Counted from the first letter of the stretch, positions 19,815 through 31,487 are shown. The stretch is DNA of 64,000 nucleotides from an uncultured candidate division Zixibacteria bacterium (GCA_963668625.2 CAXXKA010000008.1:384001-448000); one strand, 5' to 3'. The notes: generated by a model from the sequence alone, not told the origin. Numbers and translations: made by a program.

Positions 19815-22439
19815 TTACTTGTAATCTACATCGCACAATACTGCGTTATATGTGTTGAATATTACTTTCTCCGGCTTATATGGCACCGGAGGCAAATCAA
19901 TCTGTTCGTTATTCCTGGTTACCCATACGCGCATATGGATATATTTATCCTCCTGAAAAAGCAAAGTGACCGGTACGATCATTTTGAAATCACCCGGCAC
20001 ATCCGACTGATTTATTTCACAACTTACCACGTACTTATTATCAGGATTCATACTGGAGGTGTAGCTGAATTCGTATTTGGGGATTCTCGTTCCGTATACC
20101 CATTCCTCGAAAAACCATCCCATATCGCCTCCGACATATTTTTCCAATAAAATCTGAAGGCCGTCATTGGTAATTGGTTTATCGGAGAAATTCAGCACTA
20201 TATCTTTCAAGAACGAGGCAAATAAATCATCCGAACCGGTTTTATAATCTCTTAGTATGTACCTTATCATATGGAATATGTATGCCGCCTTGGAATAAGC
20301 TACCGGCACATAATCCTCGAAAGTGGCGGAATTTAGTCGCTTTCCCAGTACCATCGAGCCGGCATAAGAACCCTCCGACCGAACGCCCGTCCCGAGCGGT
20401 TTTTTATCCAGGCCGGTTACCCTTTCCCAATCTTTCAAACCACTGCCGTGAAATACCTCATCCTTCAATATGCGAATCATCCGGTCGATAGCCTTGCGTT
20501 TGCCCGAGGAGATCTCATAGTACCACATACCGCAGTACCTGGCCAGCCCGTTTATTATCCATTCATCCCTGTAGCTCTCGTTCTTGACCGTATGGCCGAA
20601 CCACTGGTAAGCCACTCTTTCCGCCCGGGAGCTTTCCTGCATACCGTCGAGATCCTCGCGGATAAAGGAATCCCACGAAAGATAAACCATCCCCGGCGCT
20701 CCGCGGCTATCTTTGTTTTCGGGAATGCTGGTCGCCTTGATCGTATCGAACGGACAGGGGCCGAGAATGCTGCTGAAAAAGATAGAGCTATTGGCAACAT
20801 CCGCGCCCGCCTGGCTCAAGCGATTACTGGTGGAGAGCCTCACTGTCGAGGTATCTCCGGCATCAATGAAACTCTGATTATCCTCACCGATATTTCTGCC
20901 GGATACTATGGGTACATCTTCGGGATTGTTAAGCGAGGTTATCTTGTTGCCGGTTATGTAATCGCCATCAACATACCGGTTGTCACCGATGTTATTATCG
21001 AGATACGATTCATACTCCGTGCCCTCGCTCCGGTATTTCTCGGCAAGGTATACGTTCATTGGCTTATCCACGTAGCCGGTATCTATTTGCTCTAAAAACT
21101 CCCGAGGTTTGGCCATACTGGCATCGGCTATCTCCTCGGCCAGGTAAACAGCTACAGGGGAAAATCCTTCAGCCTCGAAAACCTCACTCTTGAATGCCCC
21201 GATATTAAATCCAACCACCGCGACGGGCTTTTCGACCTCGTATCGACTGATACTCCTGCCATCATTTTCCTCGCTCGACACGAGATTACCCGTGCTGATA
21301 AGCTGATATTTAGAGGGGTAATCGAATTGCATGCTGTAAGTAGCCTCATCCCGGAAAATCGTTCGCGGATACCAATCCGTCTCATTCCTGATATAGAACA
21401 ATGAACTGGTTTTGGCCAGCGTATTACATTTATACGTTATCTCCACGAAATCGCTGTCGCCCATGATCAGCGGCTTATTCAATATCAAACCAACTCCTGC
21501 CTCCTGACGGTTGACATCGAATACGCCGTAACCCTCTTTTTTGGCTATCGCCGTAACGGGCTTGCCATCGGAGTCTATCACTCGTTTGATCTCGTTATCG
21601 AAATACCAATCGAGATAGATGAACCGCTGTCCCTGAAGAATCGGGACATAGTTGATCCGGCAGGTTACCTCCATATCGCTGCCTGCCTCTATTCTCGATT
21701 CTATATCGTAGTGATATATATCAATAGGCATTACGCCCCTTTCGCTCGGGGGACGGTCGAACGGCGAGAAACCCGCCAGTACATCATAACCCAGCGCTCC
21801 GCCGCTTCTCCTGACATCGTAAATACGATACCAGTCGTCCTGAGTCGGGTCCTCCACGTATACCAGATGTCCCATCTCGGGGATAGTGAAATCGGCATAA
21901 ACGAAATTGCCGGGCGAATCCGAAAGTAGATTATCCAGGGTTTTGTTGGGCAGGTAAAGATACAAATACGAAAGCGATTGATCGTTTAGCTTGGAGAACC
22001 TCTCCCATTCGTCTTTTTCGATCTTGCGCCGCGTTGCCTTTCCGGAAATGATCTCCTCGGGGGGTACGGTAAATACGATAGCCAGGCTATCCACCGGATG
22101 GCTTAACAGGCCGATATGCAGAAATTTCCTCAACTGCTGTTTCTCGACATCATCCTCGGGAGCATACATTATTTTGCCGCTTCCGGTAAACACCATGGCC
22201 GTCGGCCTGTCCCAGCCGAAATCAAGCGTGACAACCTCGCCTTTACCCATAGCGAACACCACCCCGCCGCGCGCGATAGTCAGGGTATCCACCTGATAAA
22301 CCGATACCATCTGCTTACCGCCGTTCTCGAACGAGTCGAGATAATCCAGCGGATCGTTAACCGCATAGCTAATACCATACACAATGAATAGTAATGCTGC
22401 GATACGGAATGCGATCCGATTTCCCTTAACCTTATTCAT
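19815..22439 (-). CDS. M1-family paralog with degenerate zinc site (copy D)
   Basis: RAERVAYQWFG...INGLARY; colinear with copy E plus a long loop insertion; ATG at 22439 after aggaga. Confidence 0.88.
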   Translation of the reverse strand: MNKVKGNRIAFRIAALLFIVYGISYAVNDPLDYLDSFENGGKQMVSVYQVDTLTIARGGVVFAMGKGEVVTLDFGWDRPTAMVFTGSGKIMYAPEDDVEKQQLRKFLHIGLLSHPVDSLAIVFTVPPEEIISGKATRRKIEKDEWERFSKLNDQSLSYLYLYLPNKTLDNLLSDSPGNFVYADFTIPEMGHLVYVEDPTQDDWYRIYDVRRSGGALGYDVLAGFSPFDRPPSERGVMPIDIYHYDIESRIEAGSDMEVTCRINYVPILQGQRFIYLDWYFDNEIKRVIDSDGKPVTAIAKKEGYGVFDVNRQEAGVGLILNKPLIMGDSDFVEITYKCNTLAKTSSLFYIRNETDWYPRTIFRDEATYSMQFDYPSKYQLISTGNLVSSEENDGRSISRYEVEKPVAVVGFNIGAFKSEVFEAEGFSPVAVYLAEEIADASMAKPREFLEQIDTGYVDKPMNVYLAEKYRSEGTEYESYLDNNIGDNRYVDGDYITGNKITSLNNPEDVPIVSGRNIGEDNQSFIDAGDTSTVRLSTSNRLSQAGADVANSSIFFSSILGPCPFDTIKATSIPENKDSRGAPGMVYLSWDSFIREDLDGMQESSRAERVAYQWFGHTVKNESYRDEWIINGLARYCGMWYYEISSGKRKAIDRMIRILKDEVFHGSGLKDWERVTGLDKKPLGTGVRSEGSYAGSMVLGKRLNSATFEDYVPVAYSKAAYIFHMIRYILRDYKTGSDDLFASFLKDIVLNFSDKPITNDGLQILLEKYVGGDMGWFFEEWVYGTRIPKYEFSYTSSMNPDNKYVVSCEINQSDVPGDFKMIVPVTLLFQEDKYIHMRVWVTRNNEQIDLPPVPYKPEKVIFNTYNAVLCDVDYK

Positions 22440-22632
22440 ATAATCTCCTATGTTCACCCTCATGACAACTCTCCATTGCAGGGAGAATATCGGTCATATG
22501 AAATCATTAACACATAGGTAAGCGATAACCGCTCCCCGCTTCAGGTTATACAATAATTCAACCGACTTATTCCACTATTAAATAACACTAAATAATAGAT
22601 TGATAGTTTCATATATAACTGAACGGAACGAT

Positions 22633-24873
22633 CTATTTCTCATGCACCCGGGCCAGAACCGCACCAAAAGTATTGAAATTGATATTTACGGGCTCTAATG
22701 GCAAGGGTGGAAGTTTAAACTCGATTTCCGGGCCGCTTACCCAGTGACGGAAATGGGCGAAGCGGTCTCCATCGAATACCACCGTTAGCGGCATAATCAT
22801 CATGAACTCATCGGGGGCTTCGCTTTGCTTTATTTTGCAAGTTACGATATATTGGCCTTCGTCATTCTTTTCCGACTTATATGAACAATCATAAGTGGGG
22901 ATATCAACGCCATATACGTACTGGTCGAAAAACCATGTCAGATCTGACTGGATGTGTTTTTCCAAAACGATTTTCAGTCCATCGGTCGTGATAGGTTTGT
23001 TCTTGTAGGTATCGACTATATCCCGGAGAAACACTTCGAATGCCTCATCGGAGTCCGTTTTAAAATCGTAGAATAAATATCGAATCATATGAAATATGTA
23101 AGCCCCTTTGCCTAGAACAACGTTTGAATAATCATATGATTTCGATGAATTCAGACGGTACCCCATTATAACCGGCCCAGCCTTGCTGCCATCACACATC
23201 TGGTTGTCAGGCTCGATAATATTGACTCTCCAGTTTTTTAAAGTTTCATTGCAAATACCAACATTTCCAAACACACTTTGATAAAAAAGGAATGCACTAT
23301 ATTCCGCCAATCCGCAAACTATCCAGTGATCTTTATAATTCTCAGCGTTTACAATGTACCCAAACCATTGCTGCGCGACCTCATATGCCCTAAATCTCTC
23401 AAACACACTTTTATTAGCATCTATACCAGAGAAAGTGGTAATATACGAAAGCTGCAGCAAACCCGGCGCTCCTATACCGTACAATCCTAGTATCTCCGTT
23501 ACTTTCATGGTATCGAACGGGCAGGCGCCGAGCAATATGCCATAAAACTCCAATGCTTTTAAAATATCATGATTTGTTTCCGCTTGTCTTTCCTTGTGTT
23601 GCTTGAATTTCCAGTTATAAAACCTCATAGAAGGTAAATTCTCATTACTGAATTCCTCAGACTCGAATAGCCCTAATTCAAAAGTAACAAATTCTACGGG
23701 ATAGTCTTGTTTCCACTTAGATATATTGTATCTGCCTTCATGTTTGAAATCTACCCGATTCGCGCTTACTACGGCAGTGAAATCCTCATTACATTTAAAC
23801 GACATATCAAAAGTTGCTTTATCAATGATAGTATTTCTAGGGTACCAATAGGTTTCGCTTTTACTGATGAAGAATCCGAAAGCTTTTATCAAAGATTCGT
23901 TTTTATATTCTATATCGATAAAATCTTTCTCACCGATTACCCCGGGTTCCTCGAGTATAACCCCGAAGTTGCTGCATTTCTTTCTATGCAGTATCTCCAA
24001 TTTATTACCCTTCGAATCGTATGCGGCTATCGGTGTATTTTCACTATGCCAACTCAAGTGTAGAAATTTCTGGCCCCATCTTACGGGAGTATAATGCATG
24101 CGGCATTTGACGATCATATTATCGCCGGACTCGATATTAGATTCTATATCATAATGTTCTATATCGATCGTGTGATACCCCCGATGCGAGGCAAGATGAC
24201 TTTCATCAGTGTAACATCCCCAAAAATTCCTTCTGAATTGATGATCAACCCACAGAAAATGCATGAGTTGGTATTTATCATCGCTTAAAGGATTTTCAAT
24301 GAAAACCAGATGTTCGAACTTGTTGATATAGAAATCAGCATAAATGTAAGTACCAGGTCCATCGGTCAGAAGGTCGGTGGCGATATATCCGGCAATGTAA
24401 TAATTCAGGTTATCACGGGCGTCCTTTTTGGCATCCCTGATTTTATACCATATATTTTTATCGAGCGTTTCTTTTTTGAAATTGGAAATATCAGGAAAAT
24501 TTTCCAGTTCGACCGTGAAATACATGAGCATCCGGTCAAAAGTGACATCGAGTTTATCCTGCTTTTTGAACTTCCTCAACTGATAACGTTCCTGCTCGTT
24601 GGGGGGCGTGTAAATTAATCTTACATTGCCGGTAAACCAAAACGCGCATGGCCTGCCCGTGCCAAAATCCATAACTACCATTTCACCGTCAGTAAAATAA
24701 TACTCGAATTTATCTCTGATTATAGCCATGCTATCAACTTTACCGACCAGAACCTGTTGGTCGTTGTGCTCTTCGAAATTCTCCTGGAAGGTATGTAAAT
24801 CAAAATCCATAATAGCATTTGCGTTAACCGCAAAGAACGATACTAATAGTAATACCAAAAACAGCAACCTCAT
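22633..24873 (-). CDS. M1-family paralog with degenerate zinc site (copy C)
   Basis: RAYEVAQQWFG...VCGLAEY; KGAYIFHM; WFFDQYVYG; signal peptide. Confidence 0.88.
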   Translation of the reverse strand: MRLLFLVLLLVSFFAVNANAIMDFDLHTFQENFEEHNDQQVLVGKVDSMAIIRDKFEYYFTDGEMVVMDFGTGRPCAFWFTGNVRLIYTPPNEQERYQLRKFKKQDKLDVTFDRMLMYFTVELENFPDISNFKKETLDKNIWYKIRDAKKDARDNLNYYIAGYIATDLLTDGPGTYIYADFYINKFEHLVFIENPLSDDKYQLMHFLWVDHQFRRNFWGCYTDESHLASHRGYHTIDIEHYDIESNIESGDNMIVKCRMHYTPVRWGQKFLHLSWHSENTPIAAYDSKGNKLEILHRKKCSNFGVILEEPGVIGEKDFIDIEYKNESLIKAFGFFISKSETYWYPRNTIIDKATFDMSFKCNEDFTAVVSANRVDFKHEGRYNISKWKQDYPVEFVTFELGLFESEEFSNENLPSMRFYNWKFKQHKERQAETNHDILKALEFYGILLGACPFDTMKVTEILGLYGIGAPGLLQLSYITTFSGIDANKSVFERFRAYEVAQQWFGYIVNAENYKDHWIVCGLAEYSAFLFYQSVFGNVGICNETLKNWRVNIIEPDNQMCDGSKAGPVIMGYRLNSSKSYDYSNVVLGKGAYIFHMIRYLFYDFKTDSDEAFEVFLRDIVDTYKNKPITTDGLKIVLEKHIQSDLTWFFDQYVYGVDIPTYDCSYKSEKNDEGQYIVTCKIKQSEAPDEFMMIMPLTVVFDGDRFAHFRHWVSGPEIEFKLPPLPLEPVNINFNTFGAVLARVHEK

Positions 24874-24903
24874 AACCCCGTAATCCTTTCTTACGCTAAA
24901 ATA

Positions 24904-27146
24904 CTACCTCACCCTGCACAATACCGCATGATTCGTGTTAAATATAACTTTTTCAGGTTTTAATGGTAATGGTGGCAGCTCGATTTTATTATCTTTTTTA
25001 TTGATCAGCAACTTATGATAAGTGCATCTATCATCAGCATATAAAACCGTAATTGGCACCAACATCGAGAATTCCTCGCTAACATCTCTTTGGGAAACTT
25101 TGCATTCCACGAGGTGTTTTCCGTTTTCGTTCTTCTTTACGTCATACGAGAATTTATACGTGGGTATTTCGATACCATATACACACTGATCGAAAAACCA
25201 TGACATATCGCCGAGATAATTTTCAACTAGTCTTTGAAGTCTCTCGGTCGTTATGGGAGTATCCCCGTATTCGATAAGAAGATCATTTAGAATTCCCAAG
25301 AAGATATCATCGGAGCCGGAGTTGAAATCATGAAGCATATAACGGAGCATATGGAAAATGTAAGCTCCCTTGTAACCTGAGACCGCATAGTAATCGTTCG
25401 ATTTGGATGAATTGAGTCTTTTGCCTAAAACAACCGGTCCGGCCTTATATCCTTTCGAGCCTTGACCCACACCGTAGAAAATAACTTTCTGCCAGTCTCT
25501 CATCAACTTGTCAAAATCTATATCTCGGTCATTGGACTTTTCGAAATACATCAATGCGCAATAATGCGCCAATCCCTCAGCAATCCAGGTATCACGATAC
25601 GACTCGCTTCTCATTTTATGATGCCACCACTGGTTAGCCATCCTGATCGGACCGTCATAGGTGCTGTTGTGAAACACTTTCCAGTTGACATTTTCCAGAC
25701 CTGGAGCGGTATTATTAGATGAACTGGGAGTATCGGCCACCTTAATCGTATCGAACGGGCATTTGCCGAACATATCGGTGAAATATGCCAAGCTGTTTAC
25801 CATGTCAGCTCCCACCCGGGGTATACTGATCGGTGAGTGTGTAAATATTACTACCGGGGGCAAATTTTCGAAACACCGCTCTACCGGATAGTAGTAGCCA
25901 ATGTTGAACGATACATTGTTGGAGGGGTAGTTCAACATATATTGAAGGTTTACATCATTACCCTGTGTAAAAGACATTACATTTCTTTCACCGCTTGACA
26001 CCACTCTGCGTGTATTGGGAAAAGTGTAGTCCAGATGAAAAGTGGCCGGATCGTTCATGTGATTCATCGGGTACCAGCAATCGTTGCCGATAGTGTAGCG
26101 CAAACCGTAGTAGTTCCTGATACAATTACACTCATATTCTATCCTGATCAGTCCCGACTGATCTTTTTGTAGTGGTTCATTCAGTACCACACCAAAACCG
26201 GCCTCGGAGTTTTGATTGACCAGCACTTTAAACGGCTCGCTATGCTCGATCACCATAAGCGAGTCGCCGTTAATATCAACAACTGATTGTATTCTATTCA
26301 TTTTATACCAGTTGAAATACAAGTATCTGGCGCCGGAACTTATAGCTTTATAATATACATCACAGGTAACAAGCATATTGTCACCCTCGGTTATAACCGA
26401 TTTGATATCGTAATCGGTGATATCTATGGGAATCACGTCACGTTCCGATACCAGTTTGCTGGATATAGGTAGGGAACTGCATATATCATACATTTCTCTT
26501 CCCTTATTCATTATAAGCTCATATAAAACATTCGAATCATCATTATAAGGATCAGACTCGAACGCAAAACGCCCCATGTTTTGACATACATATCAGCGTA
26601 GAAATATGGGATTTTATCGCTAAATAGAAGATTCCCCAGAAGTTTATTTGGCATGAATATTCCCAGATGGCTGAAAGCGTGTTCCTCGGCGGATTTCAGT
26701 TTCTCCCATATATCTTCATCAAGATCGATATCGCTTAGTTGGCTAAAATCCATATCGAGACAACTTTCATCACTGAAAAACACACATAGCGAATCGAGTT
26801 CTCTGATGAAATTCTTTTTACCGGTAAATTTATCCAACTGGTATTGTTCATTGATATCGTCAGGAGCATAATCGATCTCGGCCTGGCCGCGGAAAATCAT
26901 CGCTGAATTTTTTTCTAAACCGAAATCGAATACCGTAGCCTCGCCTGATATCAATTTGAAATTGGCAAGTCCCACGTTGAATATTTTATTTTCTACATGG
27001 TTCGAAAGCACTGGTTGAGTATCGTGCTTTTTAAAATTAGCCAAGAATGTATTGACCTTGTCGATATCCGTATTTTGCGCGAACGCTACGGTTAATATAA
27101 AGTAAAAATGAAATAGCAATATCGCAAAACCGGTTTTTATTTTCAT
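24904..27146 (-). CDS. M1-family paralog with degenerate site (copy B), split by a 1-nt frameshift near 26572-26582
   Basis: ORFs 26511-27146 and 24904-26577 are the N- and C-terminal parts of one paralog; site reads PIRMANQWWH...AEGLAHY. Confidence 0.8.
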
Positions 27147-27176
27147 TTAATGACATCCGTTCATAAAATTATATTA

Positions 27177-29531
27177 TCATCTCACCCTGCACAATACGGC
27201 ATCGTTATAATTGAATTTCACCGACTTCGGTTTGTAATTCAGTACCGGGGTTGAGTAGCTTTTCTTGTCGCCATCAACCCAGAATGAGTAAATATCCTCA
27301 ATCTTGTTGCCATCTGAGTATATCGCCACCGGTATTTTCATCTTGAAATTATCCGGCACGTCATCCTGTTTGATCTCGCATACGACCTTATAGCCCTTTT
27401 CGTTGGTAGCTTCTGTATCCCAACCGAACTCGTATGCTGGTATTTCTATACCATAAACGTACTGGTCGAAAAACCAATCCATATCCATACCGATATGCTC
27501 CTCGACCAGCTCTTTGAAAGCTTCGGTGTCGATAGAACGGCCATCGAAACGTTTTAGCATATCTCTTAGCATAGCCAGGAATGCTGCATCGGATTGATTC
27601 TCGTAATCACGCATCATATAGCGAATCATATACAGTATGTAGGCGCCCTTGGTGTAGGTGATAACCTGGTAATCGTGAGCCAGCGAGTTATCCAGCCGGC
27701 TGCTCATCACGACCGGACCGGCCACCGAACCATCGGAGACTACAGTCAAATAGTTTTCCACACCCACCATGAGTTTATCCGTGCTTAATGTACGCACCTC
27801 GCCACCGAGTATCACCTCGCGTTTCCAATTTTCTAACACTGCATCTATTACATCCCGACTCTCGGCAATATCCTCGAGGTACATCAAACCGCACAGCTCG
27901 GCCATACCCTCCAGTATCCAGGTATCACGATAATGCTCGTTTTCCACGATATGTCCCCACCACTGATGAGACACCTCATGCGCCCGGAAACGTTCCTCGC
28001 TGCCGATTAAATCATCGAACTGGAACGTGTACCAGGATAAATGCAGAAGTCCCGGTGAGCCCTGTCCGTGTCCCCATGGTATCTCGGAGACTCGTACGGT
28101 ATCGAACTGGCAGGGGCCGAAATAGTCGGTAAATAACTTCAAGCTTCCTGAAACATCCTTGCCTACCGCTTCCAGCATATCTGCGCTGGAGAGGTTATCG
28201 TAACGCGCGGCATACATTTGCGGGTCCTCATCGTGACGGTAGCTTTTTCCCTGATAAACTATCACCGGGGGTATTCCCTCCGCGGAATCGTATTCGGCGA
28301 ATTTTTTCTCTTTGAACACACCGAGATTAAACGAAACATATTTCACCGGTATCTCCACCAGCCATTGCGAGATATATTTATCACCGGAAATCTCAGAATC
28401 GATTTTCCTGCCACAGCTAACTACCTCATAATCCCGCTGGCACTCGTAGCTGAGATCGTAAGTCGCGCGATCGAACGGCTGGGTAAGGGGGTACCAGAAT
28501 GTTTGCCCCTCCAGCACGTAAATACCGAAAAACTTCCTGATCGCATTACATTCGAATTCAATATCGATATAATCATTATTACCCCCAACCGTCGGTTTAT
28601 TCAATACCATTCCCAGGCCCCATTGTTTATCTCGATGAATAATATCGAGCGAGTCGCCGTCGGAATCGAATGCAGCAAGCGGTTCGTTCTTCTCGTACCA
28701 TTGCCAATCTAGGAACTTGCTGCCGCTATAGTTCGGGGTGAAATGAATTCGGCAATCAACGGTCATATCGCCACCGCGGTTAATCGTGGATTTGATCTCG
28801 TAATGGCTGACATCAATAGGGATAATGCCGCGCTCCGAGGGCGAGAAATCGCCGGGAGAGTAACCACCGAGCACATCGAAAGTTTTAATACCACCGGCAA
28901 TACGGGGTTGGTACAGGCGATATATATCATCAAAGCGGTGGTCCTCGATGAAGATCAGGTGGTCGTAACGCGATTCCCAGATATCGGCAAGAAAATACGT
29001 TCCGGGTTGTTCGGAGAGTATGTCATTGAGCAGCTTGCAGGGGATATATTCACCGAGATAATCGAAAGCGTATTCATAGGCTTTATGCATAGCTCGCCAC
29101 GCATCCCCGGATACCTGCTCGCGTTTCAAATCTGCCATATCCGGCAAGCCATCCAACTCGATAGTGTAGAACATGGCTACACGCTCGAGTTTCATCTCTA
29201 TTTTATCTTTGCCATATAGACGGTTTAACTGGTAGCGCTCCATCTCATTTGGCGGAGTATAGCGAAAATCTATATCACCCTCGAACACGAGGCCACAGGG
29301 CATATTCGAGCCGAAATCGAACAGGGTGAGCTCACCATCACTAAAAGTGAAACTGGCCGGCCCTCGGTTTATCTCAATAGAGCTGATTTTACCTGATCTG
29401 ACGAGCTGATTGTTTTTATTATTGATATTATCCTGAAAATCCAACGGCTTAAAAGCAAATACAAGTTGATAAAATGATAGTATGAATGTTATTACAGCTA
29501 ATGATAGAGAGATCGATATCCCGCGAAACAT
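27177..29531 (-). CDS. M1-family aminopeptidase-like protein, intact site (copy A)
   Basis: RAHEVSHQWWG...WILEGMAEL; YTKGAYIL; HGQGSPGL; signal peptide from ATG 29531. Confidence 0.9.
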   Translation of the reverse strand: MFRGISISLSLAVITFILSFYQLVFAFKPLDFQDNINNKNNQLVRSGKISSIEINRGPASFTFSDGELTLFDFGSNMPCGLVFEGDIDFRYTPPNEMERYQLNRLYGKDKIEMKLERVAMFYTIELDGLPDMADLKREQVSGDAWRAMHKAYEYAFDYLGEYIPCKLLNDILSEQPGTYFLADIWESRYDHLIFIEDHRFDDIYRLYQPRIAGGIKTFDVLGGYSPGDFSPSERGIIPIDVSHYEIKSTINRGGDMTVDCRIHFTPNYSGSKFLDWQWYEKNEPLAAFDSDGDSLDIIHRDKQWGLGMVLNKPTVGGNNDYIDIEFECNAIRKFFGIYVLEGQTFWYPLTQPFDRATYDLSYECQRDYEVVSCGRKIDSEISGDKYISQWLVEIPVKYVSFNLGVFKEKKFAEYDSAEGIPPVIVYQGKSYRHDEDPQMYAARYDNLSSADMLEAVGKDVSGSLKLFTDYFGPCQFDTVRVSEIPWGHGQGSPGLLHLSWYTFQFDDLIGSEERFRAHEVSHQWWGHIVENEHYRDTWILEGMAELCGLMYLEDIAESRDVIDAVLENWKREVILGGEVRTLSTDKLMVGVENYLTVVSDGSVAGPVVMSSRLDNSLAHDYQVITYTKGAYILYMIRYMMRDYENQSDAAFLAMLRDMLKRFDGRSIDTEAFKELVEEHIGMDMDWFFDQYVYGIEIPAYEFGWDTEATNEKGYKVVCEIKQDDVPDNFKMKIPVAIYSDGNKIEDIYSFWVDGDKKSYSTPVLNYKPKSVKFNYNDAVLCRVR

Positions 29532-29627
29532 ATTCCCGCCTTTTCCAAAGTGTTGACCATCCTGCAAACGAGCTTAAGCGGTTGAGTTAAATATATATTT
29601 TGATAGAAGATGATACAAATGATTTTT

Positions 29628-29657
29628 AAAAGAAAGGGCGAGAGTGTTCCCGCCCTT
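29628..29657 (-). terminator. Terminator of FG-GAP gene
   Basis: aagggcg...cgccctt stem with A-run on + strand. Confidence 0.6.
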
Positions 29658-29672
29658 CAGATAATAATATCT

Positions 29673-31082
29673 TTAATCACATCCCGGCCAATCCGGCGGC
29701 GCCTCTGCTGGGATATCATCATCGATTGTCCAGCATGGCTGGTAGTCGGGGCACCAGTGAAGGCCATCAGTAAGACCCCGGAAATAATTCACCAGGTAGG
29801 TGACATCAGCGCCGAGTACTATGCAGTCACCATTAACATCGGCGGAGGCATAGAAACCATCGAGCAAGCAGGGCGGGGAGATCGCCCGGAAGTAGTTCAC
29901 CAGGTAGGTGACATCAGCACCGATCACTGCCGGCGGCCATTGACCGGCATACATGTTGGCATCGCCGGGGAGGTAGGGGTGGCAGAAAGTATTAATATAT
30001 AAATATACATCGTTTGATTGCTGATTGCATATTGCCAGATCTAAATCTCCGTCAAAATCAAAATCAGTAGTTGCAATAGAATTAGGATAATCACCAACAG
30101 GATAATAGTCTTTTATAGGAAATGAACCAGTCCCATTACTATAATAAATTGAGATCGAATCAGAATGAATCAAAGTAAACGCCAGATCTGTAAATCCATC
30201 CAGATTAAAATCCTTCGCTACAATGGCATAAGTATAACTGCTTTCGGGATAACTTACTGTAGAGTCGAAAGTACCATCACAATCACCGATAAATAAATTT
30301 ATTGAATTTGAAATTGAATTTTCGTCGGCAGTAGAAACAATATCTAAACATTCATCATTATTAAAATCTGCTGATGCTAGTTCGACATAGCCTATTGAGC
30401 CGTAAGAATTGGTCGGGCTTGAACTAAATCCCCCTGATTCAAATTGAATAAATATTTGGATTTGATTACTACCCGGATCAGTAAAAGCCAGATCAAGTAA
30501 TGAGTCTCCATCGAAATCGGCACTTATAACATCATGAACATGGCTTGTTGTTAACGCAGTTGCCTCGAAAGAGTCCCCATTAGCATGGTTGTAATAGATA
30601 TACGAATCTGTCCCTCTCCATGTACCTACGACAATATCCACTAGTCCGTTACCATCTATATCAGCCGAAATACCTCTTGGTGGAAATGAGCTTGCAGAAA
30701 GGCTTTTCCAGTAATCAAAGCCTCCGGTTTGATCGTTCTTGTACAGGTATACGTCACTTTGTTCATCGCCACTGGCGGCAAAATCCGCAAAGCCATCATT
30801 GTCATAGTCAGCTACTGTTACAAAGCTTAGATAATCGCAAATATAAATACTATCATATAGTGAAAACTGCCCTGTACCATCATTTAGGAAAGAGTATACG
30901 TACCCTTCGTTTGTACCAATAACTAAGTCAACAAGACTATCACCATTAATATCCTTGAAAACAGCATCTTCCGGACTATTGGTCAATGATATGGTTTCTT
31001 TTAATTCAAAATTGTCCTGACCCATTACTGAAATAGAAATAAACACTACAATAATCGCCGTGAATCCAACTGATTTTAACAT
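29673..31082 (-). CDS. Secreted FG-GAP/VCBS-repeat protein with dockerin-like C-terminus
   Basis: About seven DxxxDGxxD repeats; duplicated GDAN...GADVTYLVNYF / ADVNGDC...GADVTYLVNYF. Confidence 0.88.
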   Translation of the reverse strand: MLKSVGFTAIIVVFISISVMGQDNFELKETISLTNSPEDAVFKDINGDSLVDLVIGTNEGYVYSFLNDGTGQFSLYDSIYICDYLSFVTVADYDNDGFADFAASGDEQSDVYLYKNDQTGGFDYWKSLSASSFPPRGISADIDGNGLVDIVVGTWRGTDSYIYYNHANGDSFEATALTTSHVHDVISADFDGDSLLDLAFTDPGSNQIQIFIQFESGGFSSSPTNSYGSIGYVELASADFNNDECLDIVSTADENSISNSINLFIGDCDGTFDSTVSYPESSYTYAIVAKDFNLDGFTDLAFTLIHSDSISIYYSNGTGSFPIKDYYPVGDYPNSIATTDFDFDGDLDLAICNQQSNDVYLYINTFCHPYLPGDANMYAGQWPPAVIGADVTYLVNYFRAISPPCLLDGFYASADVNGDCIVLGADVTYLVNYFRGLTDGLHWCPDYQPCWTIDDDIPAEAPPDWPGCD

Positions 31083-31424
31083 TTCCTACTCCCTCTAAGT
31101 AAACTTATAATACTTGTTTTAGTGAAAAGTTGTTGTTGGGCTAGAGCTGATGATTTCCAGCCTTTAAGGTAGCCCATGGTAGTGAATTACATTTGTACCC
31201 CTTTAATGTAAAAAAGTAATTTAATGACTAACTAAATAGATTTATTACACCATTTCCAATCCTCCTGAAGATCTAAATAATTGTTTTTTAAAGCAGAACT
31301 GCGATACAGATAAATGCAGAAAGCTTGCCCTTTCATTACAATTGAACCATAAATATATTAGAGGGTCAAGTAATTTATTATAAACTTTTCATTAAAAAAT
31401 AAAACAAATACATACTTTTTTCAG

Positions 31425-31465
31425 TTGACAATTAAGGTATGCCTAATTTTATTAGATATATATAA
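31425..31465 (+). promoter_or_regulatory. feo promoter with tandem DtxR/MntR-type boxes
   Basis: TTGACA 31425-31430, then taaggtatgcctaa (31433-31446) and ttagatatatataa (31452-31465), resembling TTAGG..CCTAA. Confidence 0.65.
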
Positions 31466-31487
31466 TAGGAAAGGATAAAACACCGAC

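Noticed and set aside
17482-29531. Diversity-generating retroelement or invertase shuffling of the peptidase array
   Set aside because: No reverse transcriptase or recombinase in the window, and the paralogs are broadly diverged without near-identical template/variable repeats
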